A DNA stretch of 61,053 nucleotides, filler included, from Basidioascus undulatus (lineage: Eukaryota), in assembly GCA_000826855.1 (NCBI GenBank). It is 14 parts of 14 records of this genome, joined end to end, with 100 filler letters (N's around TTAATTAATTAA, not from the genome) between each part and the next. Parts side by side here need not be neighbours in the genome. Positions count along the whole stretch, not along the records: positions 23,385 to 27,494 come from JTLS01002235.1; positions 27,595 to 31,698 come from JTLS01002236.1; positions 31,799 to 35,896 come from JTLS01002237.1; 11 more parts are not named here. The stretch is one strand, 5' to 3'. Below the pieces are notes generated by a model. It was not told the origin of the DNA and made no database searches. It worked only from the letters and a program-made list of their open reading frames with translations. Below, piece by piece: positions 23,385 to 35,353 of the stretch (positions are counted from its first letter, which is position 1; each line of letters begins with the position of its first letter). Position numbers and translations under genes: made by a program.

Positions 23385-26300
23385 GAAGAAGGCTCTCGAG
23401 GAGATGGACGAGGAGCTGCGGCAGGCCCGAGGGGAGGTCGATCGCCTCTCCGCCGCCGCCGAGCGTCCACCCCGCGCTTCCACACCCTCCACGTCCCTCG
23501 ACGCTCCGACCGCCGCGGAACTCTCCGAGCTCCACCAACTACACGAAGCGGACGCCCATCTCCAAGCCAAGGTCGAGGAGCTCGAGGTCCAGCTGCAGTC
23601 CCTGCAGTCGGAGATCGCGACCAAAGACGCCGAGATCAACGCCCTTCGCTCGGCCAAGCCAGTCATGAGCGAGGAGGACCGCGACCGCCTCGCGCGCGCC
23701 GCGCACCTCGAGGAGAGCCTCCAGGACACGCGGGACGCTCTGGAGCGGGCGCAGGGGGAGAAGGCGGACGCCGTGCGGCGGAAGGAGGACGTGAAGGGCA
23801 AGCTGAAAGAGGCGCTGCAGGAGGTCGAGGACGAGAAGCGGAGGACGAAGAAGCTCCTAGAAGAGCTCGAGGCCCTTGAGAAGGTGCGGGAGGAATCGGA
23901 GGTACGTTGGGCGCGGCTTCGAGCTTTCTTTTCTCGTTACAGTGTAGCTGACTGGATCTCGTCCACAGTCCATCGCTCAGCGTCACGCCGAGTTGGAGAA
24001 GGACATGCAGAGCAAGTCGGAGGAGATCGCCCGCCTCTCGGTCGCACTGGACGACGCGCGCTCTTGCTCGCTTTCTTCCATCGAGGCTCTCCGTGCCGAG
24101 CTCGCAGCCGCCACCCGCGCGAACGAGTCGGCGCAGGAGGCTTCCGACGCCGCCGAAACGAGCGAGGAGCTCGACACGCTGCGCGAGTTTCAGACCGCGG
24201 AGGACAGGAACAAGTTGGTTCAGCGCGCTGAGGCCGAGCAGAAGAAGAGGGAGGAGTTGGAGGAGCTCTTGGAGACGATGCAAGCCGACAACTCGTACGT
24301 CATGCACGTCGATGAATGTTTCCGTGACTCAACACTGACGAAACGCGTTGCGTTCGCTACAGCCGAATCCAGCAGGAGCTCAACACCTCGCAACGCTCCC
24401 TAGCGGAGGTCCGCACGCAGCTCACCGATGCCGAAGCCTCGCTTTCCGCCATGTTCGCGCTCTCCGTCGACTTCGCTGCTGCCCAGGAGCGGATCGCGGA
24501 CCTTCAGGTCCAGTTGCGCGAGAAGTCGGTCGACAACCTCTCGGCGAGCGTCAGCGCCAGCGCCAAGCACGAGAAGGATCTTGCGTCCGCGTCCTCGCGC
24601 TCGGACGAGCTCCGCGACGAGGTCGAGACTCTTCGCGTCCAGCTCGACGACGCGGAGGCGACGCGGAAGCAGGTGGTCGAGTCGCTCAAGGGCAGGGTTG
24701 CAGAGCTGGAGCAGGACCTCCGCGGGATGCGGGAGAGCGTCAGCGCTCTAACGCGGAGCGTCGCCCTCACCATGCAGGATGCCGAGCCGCCCCGCGGAGC
24801 TGCTGAGGACGGCCAGCCCTCTCCGCCCGTATCCCCCAAGTCTTCCACCCCCTCCGAGGCCGAAGCCAACGTCTCCGGCACCATGTCCCTCTCCGAGCTC
24901 ATGCCCGTCACCGACCGCTCCACGCCCGTCCCCGCCCATAGCGACCAACCCCCTTCCACCCGACCCCCTCCCCTGCCCTACTCGGCCGACGATCAGCTCC
25001 AGAAGGAGATCGGCCGCCTCCTCGACGCCATCGCTCGCTTGCGTTCCGAACGCGACCACCTCCTCGGCCGAATCTCCTTCATCGAAGTCGAGAACCGAAT
25101 CCGCGAGTCAGCACGCGAGAGCGAGCTCGAGGACGTGCGCGACGACCTCGAAACCGCGCAAGCGGACCTCGAAACCACGCGAGCGGATCTCGACGGCGCG
25201 TTGAAGGAGAAGGCGCGGCTCGCGAAGGACGTGCAGGCCGCGGGCGAGGAGCTCGCCATGCTCCAGATGCAGCGCGCCAAGGACGTCAAGATGCTCGAGG
25301 GCAAGCTCTTCGATGTTCAGTGCGAGGTCGACGCCGCCAGGGCCAAGGCGGACGAGCTGCAGCAGTCGCTCGACCAGCTTCAGGAGGAGCACGACACCCA
25401 GCAAGAGCGCCTGGACGAAGCCGAAGCCGCCCGTGCCGAGCTCGAGGAAGCGCGCAGGGTCGTCAATGCCGAAGTGGACGAGCGCATCGCCCACCTCGAG
25501 GCCGAGCTCGCCGGCGCAAAGGCGCTCGAGACGCAGCTCGCCGATGTCGGAAAGGAGCTCGACGCGAAACGTACCGAGGCGGAACTGCTTCAGCAATCGC
25601 TCGACCAGCTTCGGGCGGAGCGCGACGCTCTGCAGAAGAGCTTCGACGCCGCCGAACAAGCTCACGCCGAGCTCGAGAAAGCTCGCAAGGCCGCTAGCAC
25701 GGACGCGGACGAGCGCGTCGCCCGCCTCCAGAGCGAGCTTTCCGAGGCCAAGGCGTTCGAGACGCAGCTCGCGGACGCCCGGACGGCACTCGAGGCGAGG
25801 CGCACCGACGCGGAGGAGCTCCAGAAGTCGCTCGACCAGCTTCGTGTCGTGCGCGATGCCCAGCAAGAACGCCTCGACACCGCCGAGAAGGCGCTCGCCG
25901 AGCGGAAGGAGCGTCTGGCAGCGGCCGAGACCGCTCGGGAGGCAGCCGACGCGGACAGGACCGAACACACTACCGATCTGGAAGCCCAGCTTGCTGATGC
26001 TCGGAAGGAGCTCGAGGAGGTCCGGTCGGCGACTGACAAGCTCACGACGGAACGCGATGCTCAGAGAGTGCTCCTCGCCGCCGCCCAAACCGCCCACGTC
26101 ACCCTCGAGGCCGCTCGCGAGGCCGCACTCAAGGACGCGAACGACCGGCTCGCCGCGCTCTCAGCCGCCGAGTCCGCGACCGTGGCTCTGGAGGCGCGCG
26201 TCGCCGAGCTCGAGCCGGCTCTGGCCAACGCCCGAGCGAAGGCGAGCGAGACCGAAGGCGACGCCGAGCGGGCGCAGGCCGACCTCCGTGAGGCCCACGG

Positions 26301-27494
26301 CGAGCTGAGCAAGGCGCGTGACGCTCTGCGGGAGACCGAGGAGACGCTCGCCGGCGCCGTCGCCGAGGTTGACAAGCACGAGGAGCGGATCAACGTACTT
26401 CAAGACGAGGTCGCCGCGCTGCAGAAGGAGCTCGAGGACGCGCACAGCGAACTGGCGACGGAGCAGGAACGTCACCCGAAGACGCGCTTTAGAGCTGCGC
26501 CGGTCGATCCGCCCCTTACGAGGTCAACGAGGGCTGCGTCCAAGGCGGAGCACGAGCGTGAGCTAGTGGAGGCACAGCTGGACAGTCTCAACGGTGCGTT
26601 GTGTGCCTCGGATCGGCCGCATGCAGGGCTGACTTGACTGACTTTCTGTTTCACAGAGCAACTCGCGCAGCAGGAAGACGAGCTCGAGCGCGTCCAAGCG
26701 GACCTCGTTCGTGCCGGTGAACGCATCGCGGAGCTCGAGGCCGAACTCTCCGCCGAGGCTCCGGAGGAAGAAGGTGGAGAGGTCGCTGACCTGCGCGCCA
26801 AGATCGTCGAACTGGAGACGTCCGTACAGATTCAAGACGACCTGAACCGTTAGTATCTTCTGTCAAATCTAAGGGATGACGCCTAATTTATTCATACTTC
26901 ATTTCAACAGAGCAAGTCTTTCAGCAACGAGCAGAGCTGGATCGCGTCAAGGCGGATCTCTATCGAGCGCAAGATCGCGTTGCAGAACTCGAGGCCGAGC
27001 TCGGTACGTCTGCTGTCCAAAACTGGAATATAGCTGGGGCTTATTGATCATTTCGTTTCACAGAGCAAGTCGCAGAGCAGCAGGCAGAGCTGGAGCGCGT
27101 CAAGCTCGACCTCCCTCGCACAGAAGAACGCGTCGCCGAGCTTGAGACCGAGCTTTCCTCCGCGCGAGCCCCGCTCGAAGATCGTTCATCGGAGCTCGCT
27201 GAGGTGCGCGCGGAGATCGTCGAGCTCGAGGCGTCGATCAAGTCACAGCAGGCCGCGCATGACGAAGCTCTCGCTCGACTGGAGGGCGCGCACGAGGCCA
27301 CAGTGCAGGAGCTCAAGGACGACTACGCTTCGCGCGAGCGGGCCATCGCGGAGCAGCATGACGAGCTCCAGGCCGGGAGGGACGTCGAGTTCGTCGAGCT
27401 CATTTTCGCTTCTCGTGCCGCCCACCGCGCTGCCGAAACGGCGGCTGCGTCCGCCAGGACCGACGCCGACGCTGCGCGCGCCGCTGCACACACC
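23385..27494 (+). CDS. Very large coiled-coil protein, internal portion
   Basis: E/L/A/R-rich heptad text across the whole contig, including the 728-aa ORF. Introns at about 23902-23968, about 24295-24362, 26594-26656, 26849-26910 and 27004-27063. Truncated at both ends. Confidence 0.85.
25360..26050 (+). repeat. Three intragenic 231-bp (77-aa) repeats
   Basis: The anchor CAG(C/A)A(G/A)TCGCTCGACCAGCTT (Q-Q/K-SLDQL) starts at 25360, 25591 and 25822. Confidence 0.85.
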
Positions 27495-27594
27495 NNNNNN
27501 NNNNNNNNNNNNNNNNNNNNNNNNNNNNNNNNNNNNNNTTAATTAATTAANNNNNNNNNNNNNNNNNNNNNNNNNNNNNNNNNNNNNNNNNNNN

Positions 27595-27754
27595 GGGCCG
27601 CCTTGCCCTTGCCCTTGCTCTTGCCGTCAGCCTGCTGGGCCTTGTGCTTGGGAGCGGCTGGCTTGCGCACGGGGTCGAAGCGCGCCTTTTTGCTGGCCGA
27701 TGCAGCGGTCGGGGCAGATGCCGAAACGGGCGGTCGCTTGGGCGCTTTGGGCAT
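27595..27754 (-). CDS. N-terminus of a basic, NLS-like protein
   Basis: ATG at 27754 gives MPKAPKRPP...KKARF...KSKGKGKA, with host-like codon use, running off the contig. Confidence 0.5.
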
Positions 27755-28696
27755 CGCGAGGCGGGCGGAGGTGAGGGCGGGTGGTCAAGGTCAAGGCAGA
27801 AGGCAGCCAAGGGGAATTTTGGAAGAGTGCCTCGACGCGTGAGAATCGTACCGGCCGCGGTCAGCCCTCGGTTGTTAGCAAAAGAATGCACGAAGCCAAA
27901 CGAAGCTTGCAGACTAGCACATGGAACACCATGCTGCAATGGAACAAACAGCACCTTTTCCTCACAATATGGGAAAAAGAGAGAGGGATCTATCTTGCGA
28001 CTTCGCGGCGACGACATTGTCCCCCACCAGATCTTCCACCAGCCCACGCAGCCAGCCTCCCATTTCAGTGCGTCTGCCCTGCTCCTATCATGATGTTTTC
28101 CCAATCTAACGAGCTTTATACCATAGGCAGTCGGTTCTATACCATCAGCACCACACAGGTTGTTGAAAACCAGCGCCGACCGTTCTTCTCAAAAACAGCC
28201 CGCGCTATAGCTTCACGGAGCACGCCGCGTTCGGTTGCTGAGACGAAAGGAAATGTTAAAGCATCCTACGGAGAAATAACATAGGTTGGCCGATAAGCAA
28301 CAATCGGGAGCAAGTCGAACGTGACGGCTTGCAAGACTGAACGCGATCTGCAAACAAGGGCGCTGTGTGCGACGTCGACGCAGCGGCGCATCGTTGCGGC
28401 CGACAAGGTCGACCTAAAGATCCTGTCTTTATTGAAACTTCTTGTATGTCTATCATTTTCTGCTTTCCACGCTCTTTCTCTACTTGAAGGACCAAGCGTT
28501 ACAAGTGGGTGCCCCCTTTCCTCGGCGGTTGTTCGACTCGCCGTCAAATGCGCTCAAGTATCCACCGGCCTCACGAGGGGTGAAGCCTAAATCAGAACAG
28601 GGGCAAGTCCGGAGGACAAATTTCAGGAAACGCACACAATCAGTAGCTTTCATTTGAGGCAGACCAGCTGTCCGATGGGCCCTTCTCGGACACACC

Positions 28697-29495
28697 CTAC
28701 GCGCCCAGCGGCGTCGCCACCTGCAGTCCTGCACTGTTCTTGTCCATCTGAGCATTCTTGCCAAATTTAGTACTGCACATCGTTCCACAGAGCAGCCGTG
28801 AGCATCAGTCTCGAGTGGGACAGGTAGGTTGCCACGCACTTCTCCGCAAGTGTCGTCGCCTCGAACTCGAATGCGTCTTGACCAGCAGCAGTGGCCTTGG
28901 CGGCCATGATGCGAACGACTTCGATTGGGCCCTAAACTTTATATCCTGAGTTTGAGCACTCGTCTCGAGAGGAGAGAGTGGAGATGCAGGAAGGAAGCGC
29001 ACCAGGTTCTTCAGCACTTTGTTGGCAATCTTGCCTGCCTACAGCGCGGCGCCTTGCTCAGTATCTCCGCCACCAGCTGCTTGGATCTGTATTATCCCCT
29101 TCTTATTGAGTTACTTTACGGGATAGAGTTGGAAAGGAGATTAGGCACAGCAGCGTTAAACTGTTCCTCGAACTCGCTTGCCTCGCCCCGCGTCTGTCAC
29201 CGCCAGAATGAGCAACCAGCTTCGTACACGACAGTCACCCGAGGAAGGCCCCCACAGAGTTGAGGTGCAGGTCCAACGTCGCTCACGCTCGCGAGGTCCG
29301 CGATGCCCCCGAGAGGGGCGCAAATACAGCCTCAGCGGCGGCCTGCGGGCTGCCAGCTGTGCCGCTCGAGATTTGGAATTCGGAGTAAGGCCGTAGGGGA
29401 AAGAGCTCGGTCGTGTCTTGGCGGGCGTGTAGGCAGAGCGAAAGAGCCCAAGGCAGAGCGGTGAGGAGGACGAGGACATCCATGAGGCTGCGCAT
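28697..29495 (-). pseudogene. Small secreted protein (GKIANKVLK family), disabled
   Basis: Signal peptide MRSLMDVLVLLTALPWALS, then YSEFQISSGTAG. IQAAGGGDTEQGAAL*AGKIANKVLKNL has a TAG at 29039-29041. There is a frame slip in a G-run near 29308. The last exon reads KNAQMDKNSAG...*. Confidence 0.65.
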
Positions 29496-31160
29496 CTTGA
29501 GTGTCGCGGGTAGAAGGGTGGCAAATCTGACCAACGTCTGCTTAATGGATTTTGAGTGCACATAAACGTGATATTGCTTGTTTCTTGAGCTGTATGTGGC
29601 ACCCTTTTCCGTTGTCAAGGCAGGAGAAAGGAGGGACGACATGGCGTCGGGATCGACGCAAAGCACCTTCGAGAAATCATCAACTAACCCCCACAAAGCA
29701 TGGTGAGAAAATCAAGTATAAACAGGACACTTTAAGGAAATCTAACAGCGTCTTGATGGGCTTGAGGTGAATAGACGGTTAGTCTTTGTTGCGATGAGGA
29801 GCATTGACTGGAAACGCGGGACACCCTCAATCGCTCTCAGGAAAAACCCATATGAATCGTAGAACCACGTGCAAAAGTCGCATGTATTGTCACAGCTTGA
29901 ATCACACTGTCTCATTGAAAGTCGAGGAAATGCATAATATATCAAGGCTAGAGGGTGCCGCGAAGCATCAAGTGGCATAGTACGGTTACTGTCGTCAGCG
30001 GAACTGCTCGTGTACCCAAATACCATGTCGCGTTTAGGCTGGTTGGAACAATAAATAACATTTTGGGGCAAGCAAATGGTTCAGAAAATATCACTTGGAA
30101 GGAAATAGTATCAGAAGTGAGTGTGGGTAAAGAATGAAAAGCGGGGTAAGAAATCGTCGAAGGCGCTGAGAGCCGGCCCTGAAACGGGTAAAAAATTTTG
30201 GAGGAGGGAACATCAGTGCAGAATTAGACAAGCACACTACTGGTGAAAGATGAAAGTGAGAAGGCAAGTTGCGACAGGAACTTGAACGAGGAATGCGAGC
30301 GCTGCCGACGAGTGTACGGGCCGGCCGTTGAGCGTCTTTTAAATTTCTGTTCTTACTCTGTTCTTTTTTCCTAATAGCCAGGCTATCCATGCAGACCAGT
30401 AAACTTGTAGCACAAATTCAAGCCGGCTAAGTAGCAGTCTGTTGGGGTGACACTGCGATAAATGAAGGCTTGGGAACGGGATACACGGGCCATCTGACCA
30501 TCGCTCTATCTTCTACGGCATAGGAGGATTAACTTTGCTCCACAATAGTTACTCTCAGTGCATTATTGAAAGTGGTTTGAGATGCGCGTCTGGGTAGAGC
30601 GTGGTAGAGAAAGAAGAGAAGGAGACGTGACAACAGCGGCACTGCGATCTAGTGAAGTCGCGCGGGGCCGGCCCTTAAGTCTGAACGGCAAGAGTTTGGA
30701 AATTCGCCTCACGAAGAAGTTGTGCCCAAACCGTCAAGGTACATCCACACCTCGCATTTTACTCGTACGACGCCTGTATCGACATATCCGAGCCCGACGC
30801 CGCCACGTCGACCCGCCGCGCGCTTTTTCCGCCGATCGCGCGGCTTCCTGGGAGCTCGAGCGGGCGCGGGAGGGGCTGCTTGTGCTGGGGCAGCTCCGGC
30901 ATGGCGGAGGATCTCAATGGGCAGCCAGGGGCTGAGGATAAGGACGGGAAATGTTCAGGAAGGGAATTGGGTCGGGCAGGTGGAGGATGGCGGAGGGGAC
31001 ATTTCCGTTGAGTGCTCGAAGAATTGCGCGCTGACGCCCCTTGCCCGTCTTCCTTTCCTCCTCCCGCCGTTCTTCTCCCTGCACAGGTGAGCACGCCTCG
31101 TAATTCTCTTGCTTTTTGCAATCCATTCTTAAACCTATTCTCAATCCACAGACAGTCGCC

Positions 31161-31634
31161 ATGGTCCGCATCCCCATCTGCTCCGCTCAACTCCCGAGCC
31201 ACGCCTGCTGACCCCGCCCACTCCTGCAGGCCGAGACCACCGCGCCCTCGAACCCGATGAAGGAGCTTCGCATCGAGAAGCTCGTCATCAGTGCGTTCGC
31301 TTGTCCGCTTGCAGCATCCGGCGCTTGACCCGCTCACTCCCAAAACCTCCAACAGACATCTCGGTCGGCGAGTCGGGTGACCGTCTCACCCGTGCGGCCA
31401 AGGTGCTCGAGCAGCTCACCGGCCAGTCGCCCGTCACCTCCAAGGCGCGCTACACGGTCCGCACGTTCGGTATCCGCCGTAACGAGAAGATCGCTGTGCA
31501 CGTCACCGTCCGCGGCCCCAAGGCGGAGGAGATCCTCGAGCGCGGCCTTAAGGTCAAGGAGTACGAGCTCCGCAAGCGCAACTTCTCCGACACCGGCAAC
31601 TTCGGCTTCGGTATCCAGGAGCACATCGACCTCG
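31161..31634 (+). CDS. RPL11: 60S ribosomal protein L11 (uL5), 3'-truncated
   Basis: ATG-only coding exon at 31161-31163, then exons 31230-31290 and 31356-31634. They read [34 protein letters not shown]...[14 protein letters not shown] 5'-UTR intron follows a pyrimidine tract. Confidence 0.97.
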
Positions 31635-31798
31635 GTGAGTCCCTTCGATCTGCCGAGGGATACTGGGCACGCTCGAGAGCAGAGCGGGGGGGGGGGGGNN
31701 NNNNNNNNNNNNNNNNNNNNNNNNNNNNNNNNNNNNNNNNNNTTAATTAATTAANNNNNNNNNNNNNNNNNNNNNNNNNNNNNNNNNNNNNNNNNNNN

Positions 31799-32759
31799 AG
31801 ATACGCACGAGTCTTCTGCCCTTTGTACCGCCCGCGCGCGAGCTTGATGGGCTCGGGGAAAGCGGCGGGGCAGTAGGAGGAAGAGTCGGGGTCCGCAGAA
31901 AGGTCGGGGGAGTAGAGCGAGCGGAAGGCAGAGAGCGTGGAGGCGATGTAGGTTGAGCTGAGAGGTGGGGTTGGGGTGGACGAGGAGGGTGGGTAGAGCG
32001 CAGTCAGGCGGGTGCGGGCTGCTTCGAGAGCTCTGCATTCTCCCCAACGTCAGCCTAGGCTATGAAAGTGTTTAATACAGAAAGAGAAGTGCGAAAGACG
32101 CACCGAGCCGGCACACCCCCTAGCTCTCCCGCCCTGAGCACGCTGACCCAATTCATGGGTGTCAAGCGGCCGAGCATGCTCGGCCCCGCCTTCGGCCTCA
32201 GCAGTGCAAGAGACGCGAGGGTCTTATCGAGCGTGTTGAGCCCGCCGGCGACGGCGGAGTCTGTGAACGCGGAGGGGAGGTCCTCGGCGGGGACGGCGGC
32301 GGTGGAGGAGAGGAGAGAGAGGAGCTCGTCGGGGAGGGGGAAGTCCGGGAGGGGCGTGGAGGGAGGGAGGAGCGGCCAGCGCGCCCATATTTGCTTCTGC
32401 TGCTGGTTTGAGAGCGTCGTAGCCGTCGCGGTCGTGGTCGATTCGAGCTCGTCGTCGTCGTGCTCATCCCCCTTATCTTTGTCCTCATCCACGATCTCCC
32501 TCGCCCGCTCCTTCCCCTTCCCTTTTCTCTTCGCCTGTGACTTCGCAGGTATGCCAAAGCCAGCCCACGACGACGACGCGCCAATGAGGTTCTGGCTGAA
32601 GCTGTCGAAGTGCTGAGATGCCCCGAGCGAGTGGATGAGGTCCGCGTACTGCGAGAACTCGGACTGGCGCAGGCGCCGTAGCGGGGAGGCGGAGCCGCGT
32701 GAGGGAGAGGGGGAGAGCGATGATGATGATGATGATGATGAGGATTTGTCGGACGACAT
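31799..32759 (-). CDS. Hypothetical protein, possibly Rrn9-like
   Basis: ATG at 32759. WARWPL...PDFPLPDE and MNWVSVL...GVP, then an intron and ALEAARTRLTALY. The Rrn9 resemblance rests on the WxxWPL motif only. 3'-truncated. Confidence 0.5.
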
Positions 32760-33163
32760 GGGGGTCAAGGATGAGCGGGGGAAGGAAGACGCGACGGCCA
32801 CGCGAAGCAGTTTCGAGTTTCTTGCGAAAGCCTGCGAGTCGCTTATGTAACGCTTCAAGAGTAAAGCACACGAGCCATGAATGCGAGGTACATTCTTGTT
32901 GAAGAATGACTTAAGGAAGTCAAGTAAGATAGGATTGCAAAGATGTCAGTCTTACGACGGACTGCTGCCAGGCAGGTCCACCCACTGTCGACAGAACAGT
33001 GTGGCCAACTTATGCACAAGGCAGAATATCCAGTCGTCATTCTCGTCATTTCTATAAACATTGGCGCTCGATGCCTGAAACCCAGCAAGAAAAAAAAAAC
33101 AAGAGTAGTCAACCGAACAAGGGACCCCCCGCTTCCCATCCCATCCGCGCTCCTGTACGCCCA

Positions 33164-35353
33164 TCACTTCCTCGCCGGCAAGCCCTTCCACGTCTCCCAC
33201 CCGCCTTCCTCGATGCGCTCAATCTTCTCGTGCACCTCGTCCTCGAGCCCGGCGAGGTAGCGCTCCATCTCGCCCACGAGGCGCGGGATCCCCGCGGAGA
33301 GGACGCGCACGGCCAGGAGACCCGCGTTCATCCCGCCGTTGATCGCGACGGTGGCGACGGGGATGCCGCGCTGTGTGTTTGTGGGGGATGTGAGCCGGGT
33401 GGGGGAAGGTGAAGGAAAAGGAGAGCAGGAAGGTAAGGAGGAGAATACGCACAGGCATCTGGACGATGGAATGCAGCGAGTCGACGCCGTCCAAGCTGGA
33501 ACCCTTGACGGGCACGCCAATCACGGGCAGGGGCGTCATGGCGGCGACCATGCCTGGCAAGTGAGCCGCGCCGCCCGCGCCCGCGACAATAACGCGGACG
33601 CCGCGCGCGGCGGCGCTCTTAGCGAAGCGGACCATGCGGTCAGGCGTGCGGTGCGCGGAGACGATGCTGAGTTCGTAGGGGATGTTGAAGCGCGCGAGGA
33701 TGTGGCTCGCGGGGAGCATGACGGCGAGGTCCGAGTCGGAACCCATGACGATGCTGACCAGCGGCATCGGGTCCGAATGCGGCCGCGCGGGCGTCCCGCT
33801 CGTGGGGTGCAGGGCCGAGATGTGCGCGAGCGCGCTCAGCGGCGCGCGCGCCTCGGAGGACGGCAGGTGGTGCAGGAGCGACTGGATTTTGTGCCGCACG
33901 GCTGCGGACGACTCGCCCACGACCGTGATGTGCCCCATCTTGCGGCCCTTGCGCGAGCCGGCCTTCCCGTACAGGTGCACGTGCGCGCCCTCGATCGAGA
34001 GCGCCGCGCGCGCGAGCGACAGGACGCCAGGCTCCGGGTCATCGGACCGCCCGAGCAGATTCAGCATTCCGGAAGCGGGGACGACGAGGGAGGTGGCACC
34101 GAGCGGGAGGGAGAGGATCGCGCGGAGGTGGTTCGCGTATTGCGACGTCGCGCACGCTTCGATCGTGTAGTGCCCCGAGTTGTGCGGGCGGGGCGCAATC
34201 TCGTTCAGGAGGAGCGTACCTGGTGTTGAAAGCGTGGAGTGAGAAAGACGCCTAGGAAGAAAGAGCGGGGGAGGAGGAGGAGGAGGAAGACACACCATCC
34301 GCCATCAAGAACATCTCCACGCCAAACACGCCCGCGCCCCACAGCGCCGCAACCGCCTTCTCCGCGACCTCCCGCGCGCGGCTCTGGACCGTCTCGTCCG
34401 CGCAGAGGAGCGGGGCCCAGACGATGCTGCAGATGCTGTCCTCGTGGACGGTCTCGACGGCGGGGTAACTGCGCACTTCGCCGTCATGGCCGCGGACGAC
34501 CATGACCGCGATCTCGGCGACAAACGGCGCAAGCGCCTCGGCGTACAGCCCGCCGCCTTTGCTCGCCTTGCTGAGGGCCTCGAGCGCGGCCGGCCCGTCC
34601 TCCGACGACCGGAGGAGGTAGTTCCCCTTCCCGTCGTACGCCTGCGTCCGGGCCTTCAGCATGAGCGGGTACCCGCCCAGCTGCTCCGCGACGGCCTCCA
34701 GCGCGTTCGGTGTCGCCTCCTCTAGCGCCGCATAGTCCGCGACGGGGATACCCGCCGAGGAGAGGTGCTCCTTCTGTGCGAACTTGTCCTGGATGACGCG
34801 GATGGTTCGCGAAGAGGGCGCGACGACCACGCGCCCCTCGCGCTCGATCTCCTCCAGCACACCCGCGTCCACGTGCTCGATCTCGACCGTCAGGACGTCG
34901 ACCTTGGACGCGAGCTCGCGGATCGCAGAGGGGGAGGAGAACGAGCCAGAGACGTGCTCGGCGTTGAGCGAGGACAGCTGCTTCGCGGGCGTGGAGGGGC
35001 CGTCGTCGAGGATGAGGACTTTGAGGCCGAGCAGGTGCGCCTCGGAGAGCAGCATCCGGCCCAGCTGGCCGCCGCCTGGAGGGAGGGGGGAAGGGGGTGT
35101 CAGCATGGACAACGGATGCGAGGGATGGTGCGTGCCTGCTTGGGAGCCTCAGGCGCTGTGAAAGGTGTCTGAACCACGATCCTGCTACCTCCAGCTCTAC
35201 AGCTCCCCTTCATATGTACGTCCCGTCGACATCCCTCCAGGCTCCTTGCAGATACACCGCACCCATTCCGAGCCCAACCTCCCCCACGCTCACCACGCCT
35301 CTAGGGACCCGCCACTCACCCAGGAGACCAATCGTCCTGTTGTCCAAGCTCAT
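33164..35353 (-). CDS. ADE2: Phosphoribosylaminoimidazole carboxylase (PurK-PurE fusion)
   Basis: [67 protein letters not shown] and [12 protein letters not shown]. Stop at 33164. Complete, three introns. Confidence 0.97.

Noticed and set aside
25108..26308. Long antisense and alternate-frame ORFs over the coiled-coil gene, and similarly over ADE2 and CDC25
   Set aside because: These are expected shadows of high-GC3 coding sequence and show no independent motifs.
30750..30940. GC-rich coding-like patch upstream of RPL11
   Set aside because: No identifiable domain or gene structure. It may be a relic, but I cannot support that.
35076..35319. Unusually long first intron of ADE2 as a possible snoRNA host
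   Set aside because: No convincing C/D or H/ACA box arrangement seen.
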